DNA of 14,105 bases. Source: Candidatus Stahliibacteriota bacterium. GTDB taxonomy: Bacteria; Hydrothermota; Tepidihabitantia; SM23-42. The notes under the pieces are model-generated. The model was not told the DNA's origin, did not search any database, and saw only the letters and a list, made by a program, of their open reading frames with translations. How positions within the stretch are numbered: the stretch's first letter is position 1; each line of letters begins with the position of its first letter. The position numbers were made by a program, and so were the translations under genes. Below, piece by piece: positions 1-7,045 of the stretch. Location of the stretch: positions 1 to 14,105 of the forward strand of contig SOIY01000336.1 of NCBI GenBank assembly GCA_004376785.1. Reading direction: 5' to 3'.

Positions 1-2
1 CC

Positions 3-58
3 TCGATTCCCTGATTTCCTGATACCCTGATCTCCTGATGTTCTGATCTTCTGATCTC
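3..58. repeat. Tandem array of at least 7 units of an 8-bp repeat (consensus CTGATNYY on the plus strand, RRNATCAG on the minus strand), truncated by the window edge
   Basis: CTGAT (TCGAT in the first unit) recurs at positions 3, 11, 19, 27, 35, 43 and 51 with an exact period of 8. It lies immediately 3' of the punA stop codon (TGA at 62..60, minus strand). TGA appears in every plus-strand frame, so the plus strand cannot be coding here. Confidence 0.8.
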
Positions 59-59
59 T

Positions 60-872
60 TCATAGTTTCTCAACCACCCCTGTAACAATTTTTGTCAACC
101 TGGGTTCGACTTTGCCTGCTGCTCTTAGAATTTTTGATATATTCACTGGTTTTATTGCATCTGCAATTCCCATATCAGTTATTATTGATAAACCAAGAAC
201 TCTCATTTTGAGGTAACGCGCCATTAACACTTCGGGAACTGTTGACATACCTACTGCATCTGCCCCGATTATTCTCAGAAAACGATATTCTGCATTTGTT
301 TCGAGATTAGGACCAGGGACTGCTGCATAAACTCCTTTTTTAATTGCTATTCTATTTCTTAAAGCCACTTCCTCGGCAAGTTTTATAAGCTTAGGACTGT
401 AGCAATTATACAAATCCGGAAATCTGGGTCCGAGCCTGAGATCATTTTTCCCACGTAAAGGATTATCAGGAATCAGATTTATATGATCGGTTATCAACAT
501 TATGTCACTTGATGAAAAATTCGGATTTAAACCGCCACTGGCATTAGAAATTATTAAATACTTAACACCGAGAAACTTCATAATCATCACAGGAAAGGTG
601 ATCTCTTTTGCACTATACCCTTCGTAATAATGAAATCGCCCTTGCATTACAATGATCTTTTTTTGCCTCAAACTACCCATGATCAACTTACCTTTATGAA
701 ATTCAACAGTTGCAGTAGGGAAATTGGGAATGTCAGTATATTGAAATACTTTGCTGATATTAAGTGCTTTAACTAATTTGTCCAGGCCTGTGCCGAGTAT
801 AATTCCGATCCGGGGTTGGATCTTTGTCCTTTGGCGAATGTATTTTACTACTTCCAGCGCTTTTTTTTTCAT
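60..872 (-). CDS. punA: Purine nucleoside phosphorylase of the trimeric PNP/MTAP family (inosine/guanosine type)
   Basis: The 270-aa product has long stretches nearly identical to the conserved core of human and bacterial PNP-I: QGRFHYYEGY, NASGGLNPNF, DIMLITDHINL, NPLRG, ETNAEYR and GADAVGMSTVPEV. Its ATG overlaps the divIVA stop codon (ATGA). Confidence 0.9.
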   Translation of the reverse strand: MKKKALEVVKYIRQRTKIQPRIGIILGTGLDKLVKALNISKVFQYTDIPNFPTATVEFHKGKLIMGSLRQKKIIVMQGRFHYYEGYSAKEITFPVMIMKFLGVKYLIISNASGGLNPNFSSSDIMLITDHINLIPDNPLRGKNDLRLGPRFPDLYNCYSPKLIKLAEEVALRNRIAIKKGVYAAVPGPNLETNAEYRFLRIIGADAVGMSTVPEVLMARYLKMRVLGLSIITDMGIADAIKPVNISKILRAAGKVEPRLTKIVTGVVEKL

Positions 873-1318
873 TTTTTTTCTAATCTCTCGAGCAATCTCA
901 GATACGATTCCAACAAACCTCTAAATTCTGCTACCAGAAGCAGTTTTTGGTGCTCAATCATTTTTGTTTCTTCTTCGGTCTTGGCGAGTTCTGTCTGTGC
1001 ATCTTTCAAAAACCTCTGCGCCTCAACCTTTGCATTGGCGATTATAGTTTCTGCTTCTTTTTTTGCCCCAGTTTTTAATTCATCGGCTGCCTTTTGTGTG
1101 GTGGTAAGTGTATCCTGTAGAATCTGTTCCATCCGACGATAATCCCCAATCTTTGCATCCATATCTTTTACTTTTTCTGTTAAACCTGATTTTTCTCTTA
1201 GCAGATTTTCAACCTCTGTGGATACCATTTCGAGAAATGCTCTAACTTCGTGAGGATCATATCCTCGCAATGTTTTTCTAAATTCTTGTTTTCGGATCTC
1301 CAAAGGTGTTATCGGCAT
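869..1318 (-). CDS. divIVA: DivIVA-domain cell-division/polar scaffold protein
   Basis: The N-terminus MPITPLEIRKQEFRKTLRGYDPHEV matches the canonical DivIVA start (MPLTPxDIxNKxF...GYxxxEV) and the rest is predicted coiled coil. An AAGGAGG Shine-Dalgarno site lies 4 nt upstream of the ATG on the minus strand (plus-strand 1322..1328 reads CCTCCTT). Confidence 0.8.
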   Translation of the reverse strand: MPITPLEIRKQEFRKTLRGYDPHEVRAFLEMVSTEVENLLREKSGLTEKVKDMDAKIGDYRRMEQILQDTLTTTQKAADELKTGAKKEAETIIANAKVEAQRFLKDAQTELAKTEEETKMIEHQKLLLVAEFRGLLESYLRLLERLEKK

Positions 1319-1355
1319 TTTACCTCCTTATAAAAGGTGGCGCACATAATTATCC

Positions 1356-2354
1356 TCACATGTGTGTTTTGCCACCGCCCTCCCTTTTTGCCTGGTTGAG
1401 GGCATTATCAGCTTTTTTGATCAGCTCGTATGTTCCTCCGGCATCTTCAGGAAAACCAGCAACCCCTATTGATATACTGAGCTCTTTCACCTTCAATTTA
1501 TTCTTAAAGAAATCATAGTTTTTTATATGGTTTAATATCCGTTCAGCAGTTTTTTGGGCGTGCATCTTGTCTGTTTCCGGTAATAGAATAATGAATTCAT
1601 CACCGCCATAGCGTGCTACAACATCTATACTACGTACGTTTCTCTCAAGAATCTCCGAAAAATCCTGAAGTACGTGATCGCCTACCTGATGTCCGAACTC
1701 GTCATTTATCCTTTTAAACTGGTCTATATCAATGAATAAAATTGAAAGGATATGTTCATAACGCGCTGCGCGCTGTAACTCTTTACTTAACTGATTTTCA
1801 AAATATCTCTTGTTAAAAATCCCTGTCAATGGGTCGAGCCATATTCGGTACTTTACCCTAGAGTAGAAACAGTTCGGTTTTACTAAATGCTCAACAAACA
1901 CATAAGGATGTCTTTTAAGGATATCAAGAAGTTGAGAAGAGGTGATATCATCTATTTGATATTGACATAGTGTGAAGATTCTCAAATCTGGTTGTGTGGT
2001 AAAGTCGTCGAGAATATCTTCATAATTTAGAAATTCCTTAGAACACTCCCAAAAAACCCTTAAGCCATTGTAATTCTTGGGTAGTTTATCATACTCTTTT
2101 TTTATCCATGACACAAAATCTCCAGGCCTAATTTCTTTGTTTACTGTGTTAATTAGTTTTTTAAATTTCGTTTTCAAAAACTTACGATCCTTTTCTTTGC
2201 CGATGAAAATACACTTTTCTTTCCGCGCGCTTGCTTCTTCTATCAAGGGCACAATATCAGAAAGGAGCTGTTCGCTATCCCTGTAAATATAAAGGGCATG
2301 AACTGGAAGTTCGAGTTCAATGCCTTCATTGCCTAATTTAATATATCTGTTCAT
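1356..2354 (-). CDS. GGDEF-domain diguanylate cyclase with an uncharacterised N-terminal domain of about 165 aa
   Basis: The C-terminal domain carries the GGDEF active-site motif (RYGGDEF) and an RxxD inhibitory I-site placed 5 residues upstream (RSIDVVARYGGDEF). No transmembrane segment is evident. I do not recognise the N-terminal 165 aa. Confidence 0.85.
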   Translation of the reverse strand: MNRYIKLGNEGIELELPVHALYIYRDSEQLLSDIVPLIEEASARKEKCIFIGKEKDRKFLKTKFKKLINTVNKEIRPGDFVSWIKKEYDKLPKNYNGLRVFWECSKEFLNYEDILDDFTTQPDLRIFTLCQYQIDDITSSQLLDILKRHPYVFVEHLVKPNCFYSRVKYRIWLDPLTGIFNKRYFENQLSKELQRAARYEHILSILFIDIDQFKRINDEFGHQVGDHVLQDFSEILERNVRSIDVVARYGGDEFIILLPETDKMHAQKTAERILNHIKNYDFFKNKLKVKELSISIGVAGFPEDAGGTYELIKKADNALNQAKREGGGKTHM

Positions 2355-2359
2355 TCTCT

Positions 2360-3439
2360 TTATCTCTGTTGCTTTAATACACTCTTCAGGGAATTAAGCG
2401 CCTTATCTAATTTAGCTATATTGTAATTTCCCATATGGCCAATCCTTATTATCTTGCCCTTCAATTCTCCCTGTCCATTGGCAAAGAGTATTCCGCTTTT
2501 TTCCTTTAATTCTTTAATAACTGTAGTACTATTGATATTTTCAGGCATTTTCATGACTGTAAGTGCATTCGATGGATTGTCTGGCAGAATTTGAAGCTGC
2601 ATTTTCTTTATCCGTTCACGGGCATAATTAGCCATCTCCTTATGATTATTAAAATTTTTATCTAAGCCTATTTCAAGGATATTTTCAATGCCCTTTTTTA
2701 GACCATAAAAAATTGTGATCGCTGGTGTCCATGGGGTTTGATTCTTGACTCTAAATTTTTCATAGAATTCGAGATTGAAATAATATTTTGGCAGATCTGA
2801 ACTTTTGGTTTTTTCAAATGCCCTTTCACTTACAGAAATGAACGAAATGCCGGGTGGTGACATCAATGCCTTTTGCGATGCTCCTACCAATATGTCTACA
2901 TGCCAGTCATCCTGTGGACAAAAGTCTGCACCAATACCTGCGACACCATCGACAATAAGGTATGAACCATATTTCTTTGAAATTTCGCCAAATGATTTTA
3001 TGTCATTAAGGGCACCGGTCGATGTTTCAGTTAAGGTTGTAAATAATACAGTAGGTTTATTCTTTTTCTTTAAGATCGCTTCGATTTTATCAGGCATAAC
3101 TGATTTACCATAATCCTCTTGTATTACTACTGGTTTTATATTGTATGCTTTACAAAGTGCGAGCCATCGTTCACCAAATCTACCACAGATCGCAACAACA
3201 GGTTCATCGTTATTCGACAAGATATTACTGCATGCCGCTTCCATTGCTCCGGTACCTGAAGATGCAAAAAAGAATATTCTTCCTTTGCTATATAGAATCT
3301 TCTTAAGTTTTTCCGCAGTTTCGCCGAGTAATTCTGTAAATTTTTCTTCACGATGATACAGAATTGGTTTCGAGGTTTGTTTTAAAATATCGTCTGGCAC
3401 ATCAATAGGTCCCGGTGTAAACAGAGTATAGTTATCCAA
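2360..3439 (-). CDS. Class-V PLP-dependent aminotransferase (serine-pyruvate / alanine-glyoxylate aminotransferase family)
   Basis: The 359-aa product has the class-V fold pattern: an N-terminal TPGP motif, a GxGxxE region and the Schiff-base lysine in SQKALMSPPG. Its start is 5 nt from the GGDEF gene start and it overlaps the upstream gene by 8 nt. Confidence 0.8.
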   Translation of the reverse strand: MDNYTLFTPGPIDVPDDILKQTSKPILYHREEKFTELLGETAEKLKKILYSKGRIFFFASSGTGAMEAACSNILSNNDEPVVAICGRFGERWLALCKAYNIKPVVIQEDYGKSVMPDKIEAILKKKNKPTVLFTTLTETSTGALNDIKSFGEISKKYGSYLIVDGVAGIGADFCPQDDWHVDILVGASQKALMSPPGISFISVSERAFEKTKSSDLPKYYFNLEFYEKFRVKNQTPWTPAITIFYGLKKGIENILEIGLDKNFNNHKEMANYARERIKKMQLQILPDNPSNALTVMKMPENINSTTVIKELKEKSGILFANGQGELKGKIIRIGHMGNYNIAKLDKALNSLKSVLKQQR

Positions 3440-3914
3440 TTTTTTTCCTGCAGTCTTTACAAAATGTAATATCCTTGTTTTTCGTGTCGTTCAATGTATT
3501 TGAAAAATGCATTACACATTTTGAGTTTGAACAGTGTCTGAGACCCAATAGATGACCTATTTCATGAATGACCTCTTTTGAAATATGCTCCTCCATTTTG
3601 TTACCAGTTAGGCGATAGGTTGAAACGAGCGCTGTTTTTTTCGATGGATCAGCTAACCCGAAGATAAAATTCATATTGCGGATGTAGATGTCAACATCTA
3701 CCAAAGCGACTTTAATATCGAAATTTACTTTATTTTTTGCCGCAATATGATTGAGAATAGTAATTGCATTGTACTGCTTTCTTAATAGATTATGGGAATT
3801 GGGCGGTAATCTAAAAAAACCAGCATGCCGTGAACTTTGATTCAGATATTTTTTTGTTACGCCTTCCACAATATTAAAGAGCTTTAAACTTTCCTGTTGA
3901 AAAACTCCAATCAT
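3432..3914 (-). CDS. amzA: Archaemetzincin-like zinc metalloprotease (peptidase family M54)
   Basis: The product contains HEIGHLLGLRHCSNSKCVMHFSNTLNDTKNKDITFCKDC, which fits the archaemetzincin signature HExxHxxGx3Cx4CxMx(16-17)CxxC. At 160 aa it is the typical AmzA size. Confidence 0.75.
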   Translation of the reverse strand: MIGVFQQESLKLFNIVEGVTKKYLNQSSRHAGFFRLPPNSHNLLRKQYNAITILNHIAAKNKVNFDIKVALVDVDIYIRNMNFIFGLADPSKKTALVSTYRLTGNKMEEHISKEVIHEIGHLLGLRHCSNSKCVMHFSNTLNDTKNKDITFCKDCRKKIG

Positions 3915-3917
3915 TCT

Positions 3918-4664
3918 TTATTCATTGAGCTTCTTAATAAACGGAGTGAAAAGGTCGATAGGAACAGGAAAGACTACAGTTGAATTCTTTTCAGTAGCTA
4001 TTTCGCTTAGAGTCTGCAAGAAGCGGAGTTGAATTCCCGTCGGCGTTTCGCTAATTATTTTTGCTGCCTGATTCAATTTATCAGCAGCCTGCAATTCTCC
4101 TGCAGCGTGAATTACCTTTGCCCTTCTTTCCCTTTCTGCTTCAGCCTGACGGGCAATTGCCCTTTGCATGTCCTGGGGTATGTCCACATGTTTAATCTCG
4201 ACAGCCGAGACCTTGATGCCCCAGGGGTCAGTTGACTGGTCAAGAAGCTTTTGTAATCTCATGTTTATCTTTTCCCGCTGCATTAGAATCTCATCAAGCT
4301 CATATTCACCGAGTACGCTACGCAGTGTGGTCTGTGAAAGTTGGTTTGTTGCATAGAGGTAATCCTCAACCTCCAGGATTGCCTTTGATGGTTCAAAGAC
4401 CCTAAAATAGGCGACAGCATTAACCTTTATCGAAATGTTGTCTTTTGTGATAACGTCCTGGGGCGGTACATCCATAGCAAGAACCCTCAGAGAAACCTTT
4501 GCCATTTTATCAATACCCGGCCAGAGAATAAAGAGACCAGGACCTTTAACATTGGTAAATCTTCCGAGCCTGAATACTACGGCTCTTTCGTATTCTTTTA
4601 GTATCTTAATCGCACTTATAACAATTAAGATAAGAATAATTATTAATATTCCAGTAAATCCCAT
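3918..4664 (-). CDS. SPFH/Band-7 (stomatin/prohibitin-like) membrane protein
   Basis: It has an N-terminal transmembrane anchor ([15 protein letters not shown]) followed by a typical SPFH core ([12 protein letters not shown]...[13 protein letters not shown]...) and a coiled-coil tail rich in Ala and Glu. Its stop codon is 3 nt from the amzA start. Confidence 0.85.
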   Translation of the reverse strand: MGFTGILIIILILIVISAIKILKEYERAVVFRLGRFTNVKGPGLFILWPGIDKMAKVSLRVLAMDVPPQDVITKDNISIKVNAVAYFRVFEPSKAILEVEDYLYATNQLSQTTLRSVLGEYELDEILMQREKINMRLQKLLDQSTDPWGIKVSAVEIKHVDIPQDMQRAIARQAEAERERRAKVIHAAGELQAADKLNQAAKIISETPTGIQLRFLQTLSEIATEKNSTVVFPVPIDLFTPFIKKLNE

Positions 4665-4686
4665 TTTTGCCTCCTTTTGTTACCAT

Positions 4687-4714
4687 ATTCTATGTAAATA
4701 TACAGGAAAGTCAA
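4687..4714 (-). promoter_or_regulatory. Sigma70-type promoter of the SPFH-amz-aminotransferase-GGDEF-divIVA-punA operon, producing a leadered mRNA
   Basis: On the minus strand, TTGACT (plus 4709..4714) is followed by a 16-nt spacer and TAGAAT (plus 4687..4692). A leader of about 21 nt then carries AAGGAGG 4 nt before the ATG at 4664. Confidence 0.55.
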
Positions 4715-4799
4715 TACCCCAATCCTGCGATAAATCGCATGATTGCAGTAGTCAGTAGTTAGTAAACAGTAATCTGAAAAAGAAATCGTTATTTTTGGA

Positions 4800-4827
4800 T
4801 TGACAATGTGCTGATTTTGATTACAGT
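4800..4827 (+). promoter_or_regulatory. Sigma70-type promoter for the GHL10-like gene, geometry -35, 16 nt, -10, 5 nt, ATG (predicts a leaderless mRNA)
   Basis: TTGACA at 4800..4805, a 16-nt spacer, TACAGT at 4822..4827, then 5 nt to the ATG at 4833. There is no Shine-Dalgarno site. Confidence 0.4.
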
Positions 4828-4832
4828 AAGAT

Positions 4833-5897
4833 ATGGGTATTTTTATTCTGTTGTTTGTATGCTATACAGATTTTAAGGGTGTTTGGATACCCAGATGGTC
4901 GATCCCAGATAAACATGAAATTTTTATTCATCTTGATGGAAAATTTAATCATATTTTTTTACAAATCTTTGCCCTGGGTGAAGCATATTATCCCTCAAAA
5001 TACGCACCCAGCAAGATACATTCTGATACATGGTTAAAGCAATTTCTGAATGAAGCACATCTGCGAAAGATTAAAGTTTCAGCCTGGATTAATGTATTTT
5101 ATTCGTGGGGCTATGCTTCAAAGACCCATAACTTAAACCATATAATTAATCTTCAACCAAGCTGGTTTGTCCAGGATCAATTCAAACGATCAATGCTTGA
5201 TTATGACGTTGATGAATTACAAGATCTGGGCATTGAAGGTTACTATCTTTCTCCAGCAAATACACAGGTCAGAGCATACCTTACAAATATTGCTGAGGAG
5301 ATTATGAACACCTATGATTTTGATGGTATTCATCTGGATTATATTAGATATCCGGGCAAAGAATTCATTTATGATGTTTCTTTAAGAAGCAAATTTATGA
5401 GAAGGTATTGTATTGATCCTGATGATATATTTACAAAGTCTGAATTTAAGATGAGATACAGTTTATGGGGATATGATGATTTGAAAAAACAATGGGAAGA
5501 ATTCATCTATAAAGACCTGACAATATTTGTCAAAAATTTGAGTGAACTTCTAAAGAAAAATAAACCGGAAATACAAATTTCAGTTGCAGTTAAACCCGAT
5601 TATCTGAATGCACGGCAAGAGTATTTTCAGGATTGGATTGACTGGGTCGACTCAGGTTTTGTAGATTTTGTCTGCTTGATGGCTTATGGTAAGCATATAG
5701 ATAAGTATTTAAATAAAATTCTAAAAGTAGTTAGGGAACCATACCGGGTTACAGTCGGTTTAGGATTGTATGTTTTAAGCCCTCAACAGATAAAAAGGCA
5801 GGTGGCATTGGTGAAATCTAAACCTTTTTCCGGTGTGGTATTTTTTTCCTATGACCAGCTCAAAAAAAATAAAGAGTATTTGTATTCGTTGAGATAA
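4833..5897 (+). CDS. Putative GHL10-family (DUF187, YngK-like) glycoside-hydrolase-like protein
   Basis: The 354-aa product has a short hydrophobic N-terminus followed by KGVWIP, and an HLDYIRYP motif typical of the TIM-barrel glycoside-hydrolase-like GHL10 family. The family assignment is from memory and is only moderately certain. Confidence 0.5.
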   Translation: MGIFILLFVCYTDFKGVWIPRWSIPDKHEIFIHLDGKFNHIFLQIFALGEAYYPSKYAPSKIHSDTWLKQFLNEAHLRKIKVSAWINVFYSWGYASKTHNLNHIINLQPSWFVQDQFKRSMLDYDVDELQDLGIEGYYLSPANTQVRAYLTNIAEEIMNTYDFDGIHLDYIRYPGKEFIYDVSLRSKFMRRYCIDPDDIFTKSEFKMRYSLWGYDDLKKQWEEFIYKDLTIFVKNLSELLKKNKPEIQISVAVKPDYLNARQEYFQDWIDWVDSGFVDFVCLMAYGKHIDKYLNKILKVVREPYRVTVGLGLYVLSPQQIKRQVALVKSKPFSGVVFFSYDQLKKNKEYLYSLR

Positions 5898-5916
5898 AAG
5901 GCTCTCCTTTTTTATT
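5896..5916 (+). terminator. Weak candidate intrinsic terminator after the GHL10-like gene
   Basis: AAAAGG (5896..5901), a CTCT loop, CCTTTT (5906..5911), then TTATT. The stem is short and A/U-rich. Confidence 0.2.
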
Positions 5917-5917
5917 C

Positions 5918-5945
5918 TTGACAAGTGCTGAGTTTCGTGTAGAAT
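5918..5945 (+). promoter_or_regulatory. Sigma70-type promoter for folK, geometry -35, 16 nt, -10, 7 nt, ATG (predicts a leaderless mRNA)
   Basis: TTGACA at 5918..5923, a 16-nt spacer, TAGAAT at 5940..5945, then 7 nt to the ATG at 5953. There is no Shine-Dalgarno site. Confidence 0.5.
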
Positions 5946-5952
5946 AAATGAG

Positions 5953-6438
5953 ATGGAGAAAATTTTCCTTCTTATAGGAACGAATGTTGGGGATTTAAAA
6001 TCAAATTTGCTAAAAGCACAAAAATATCTTGAAAAACATAAAGTGAAGATCATAAAAAAATCAAAAATATACAAAACAAAACCCTGGGGTAATGACAATC
6101 AACCCGATTTTCTAAATATAGCGCTGGAGGTTGAGTGTAATTATAAACCATTAAGGCTTTTGCATACGCTCAAGAAGATTGAATCGAGCATGGGAAGAAA
6201 AAAGACGGGGCGCAGGTGGGGTCCGAGAACAATTGATATAGACATACTTTTCTACGGCAGTCAGATTATGAAAAGAAAAGATTTGGTAATTCCACACAAA
6301 GAGTTTTATAACCGTCCATTTGCAATAAAACTGCTTGCTGAAATTGCTCCTGATTTTGTTCCACCTCAGTCAGAGAAACAGGTAAAAAATTATCTTAAAG
6401 GAATAGATGATGAAGGATTTGAGATTTATTGCGATTGA
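5953..6438 (+). CDS. folK: 2-amino-4-hydroxy-6-hydroxymethyldihydropteridine pyrophosphokinase (HPPK)
   Basis: The 161-aa product has HPPK hallmarks: IFLLIGTN, a PWGN motif, RWGPRTIDIDIL and VIPHKEFxxRPF. Confidence 0.85.
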   Translation: MEKIFLLIGTNVGDLKSNLLKAQKYLEKHKVKIIKKSKIYKTKPWGNDNQPDFLNIALEVECNYKPLRLLHTLKKIESSMGRKKTGRRWGPRTIDIDILFYGSQIMKRKDLVIPHKEFYNRPFAIKLLAEIAPDFVPPQSEKQVKNYLKGIDDEGFEIYCD

Positions 6439-7045
6439 GGGCGTGATAGGAGCAGGTAAAACGTCCCTGGCAAAGATTTTATCGAATAAATTTCATGCTG
6501 GTACCATCTTAGAAAAGTTTGAAGAGAACCCTTTTCTTGAAAAATTTTACTCAGATCCTGCAAAATATGCATTCCATACCCAGATATATTTTCTTATGTC
6601 AAGATATAGACAGCAAAGGGAGATAGCACAAATAGACCTTTTTAAATCTCGCGCTATAACTGATTATCTTTTTATAAAAGACAGGATTTTTGCGGAGATA
6701 AACCTGAACGAAGATGAATTTACTTTATACGATAAAATCTATAGATTAATCGAAAGGGATATCCCCGTGCCCGATTTAGTAATTTATCTTCAAGCAGAGC
6801 CTGAATTTTTATATAAGAGGATTAAACATCGTAACAGGAGCTTTGAGCAAGAGATTGAATATGAGTATGTTGAGAAACTATGTGAAGCATATAATACATT
6901 TTTCTTTCACTATAATACATCACCTCTTTTAATAGTAGATATTAAGGGGTTTGATTTTATTTCAAATTCAAAGGATGTAGATTTAATATATAATGAAATA
7001 AAAGGTTTAAAGGAGCCGCGTAGAATTATTTTTAGAGAATGGTAA
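6407..7045 (+). CDS. Deoxynucleoside kinase (dNK family, deoxyadenosine/deoxyguanosine/deoxycytidine kinase-like)
   Basis: A P-loop IAIEGVIGAGKTS sits at the N-terminus, followed by the ENPFLEKFY and FxxQIYFL motifs of the dNK family. It overlaps the folK 3' end by 32 nt. The true start may be a few codons downstream, with an AAAGGAA Shine-Dalgarno-like site at 6396..6402. Confidence 0.8.
   Translation: MMKDLRFIAIEGVIGAGKTSLAKILSNKFHAGTILEKFEENPFLEKFYSDPAKYAFHTQIYFLMSRYRQQREIAQIDLFKSRAITDYLFIKDRIFAEINLNEDEFTLYDKIYRLIERDIPVPDLVIYLQAEPEFLYKRIKHRNRSFEQEIEYEYVEKLCEAYNTFFFHYNTSPLLIVDIKGFDFISNSKDVDLIYNEIKGLKEPRRIIFREW

Noticed and set aside
816-1142. A 108-aa plus-strand ORF antisense to divIVA, and similar antisense or out-of-frame ORFs at 1306..1518, 2077..2286, 2805..3113, 3136..3351 (both strands), 4029..4235, 4168..4356, 4435..4758, 4855..5037, 5775..6098, 7247..7519, 7475..7726, 8005..8187, 8416..8805, 9299..9493, 10236..10490, 13527..13721 and 13733..13927
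   Set aside because: All lie inside or antisense to well-supported genes. Their products are low-complexity (Ser/Phe/Leu/Cys-rich), they carry no recognisable motifs and they have no promoter or Shine-Dalgarno context. They are typical shadow ORFs of AT-rich coding DNA.
1335-1372. GGTGGC ... GCCACC inverted repeat with an internal CACATGTG palindrome between the GGDEF gene and divIVA
   Set aside because: It overlaps the GGDEF stop codon, has a roughly 29-nt loop and no U-tract. It is more likely incidental secondary structure than a terminator, and divIVA has its own Shine-Dalgarno site so read-through is expected.
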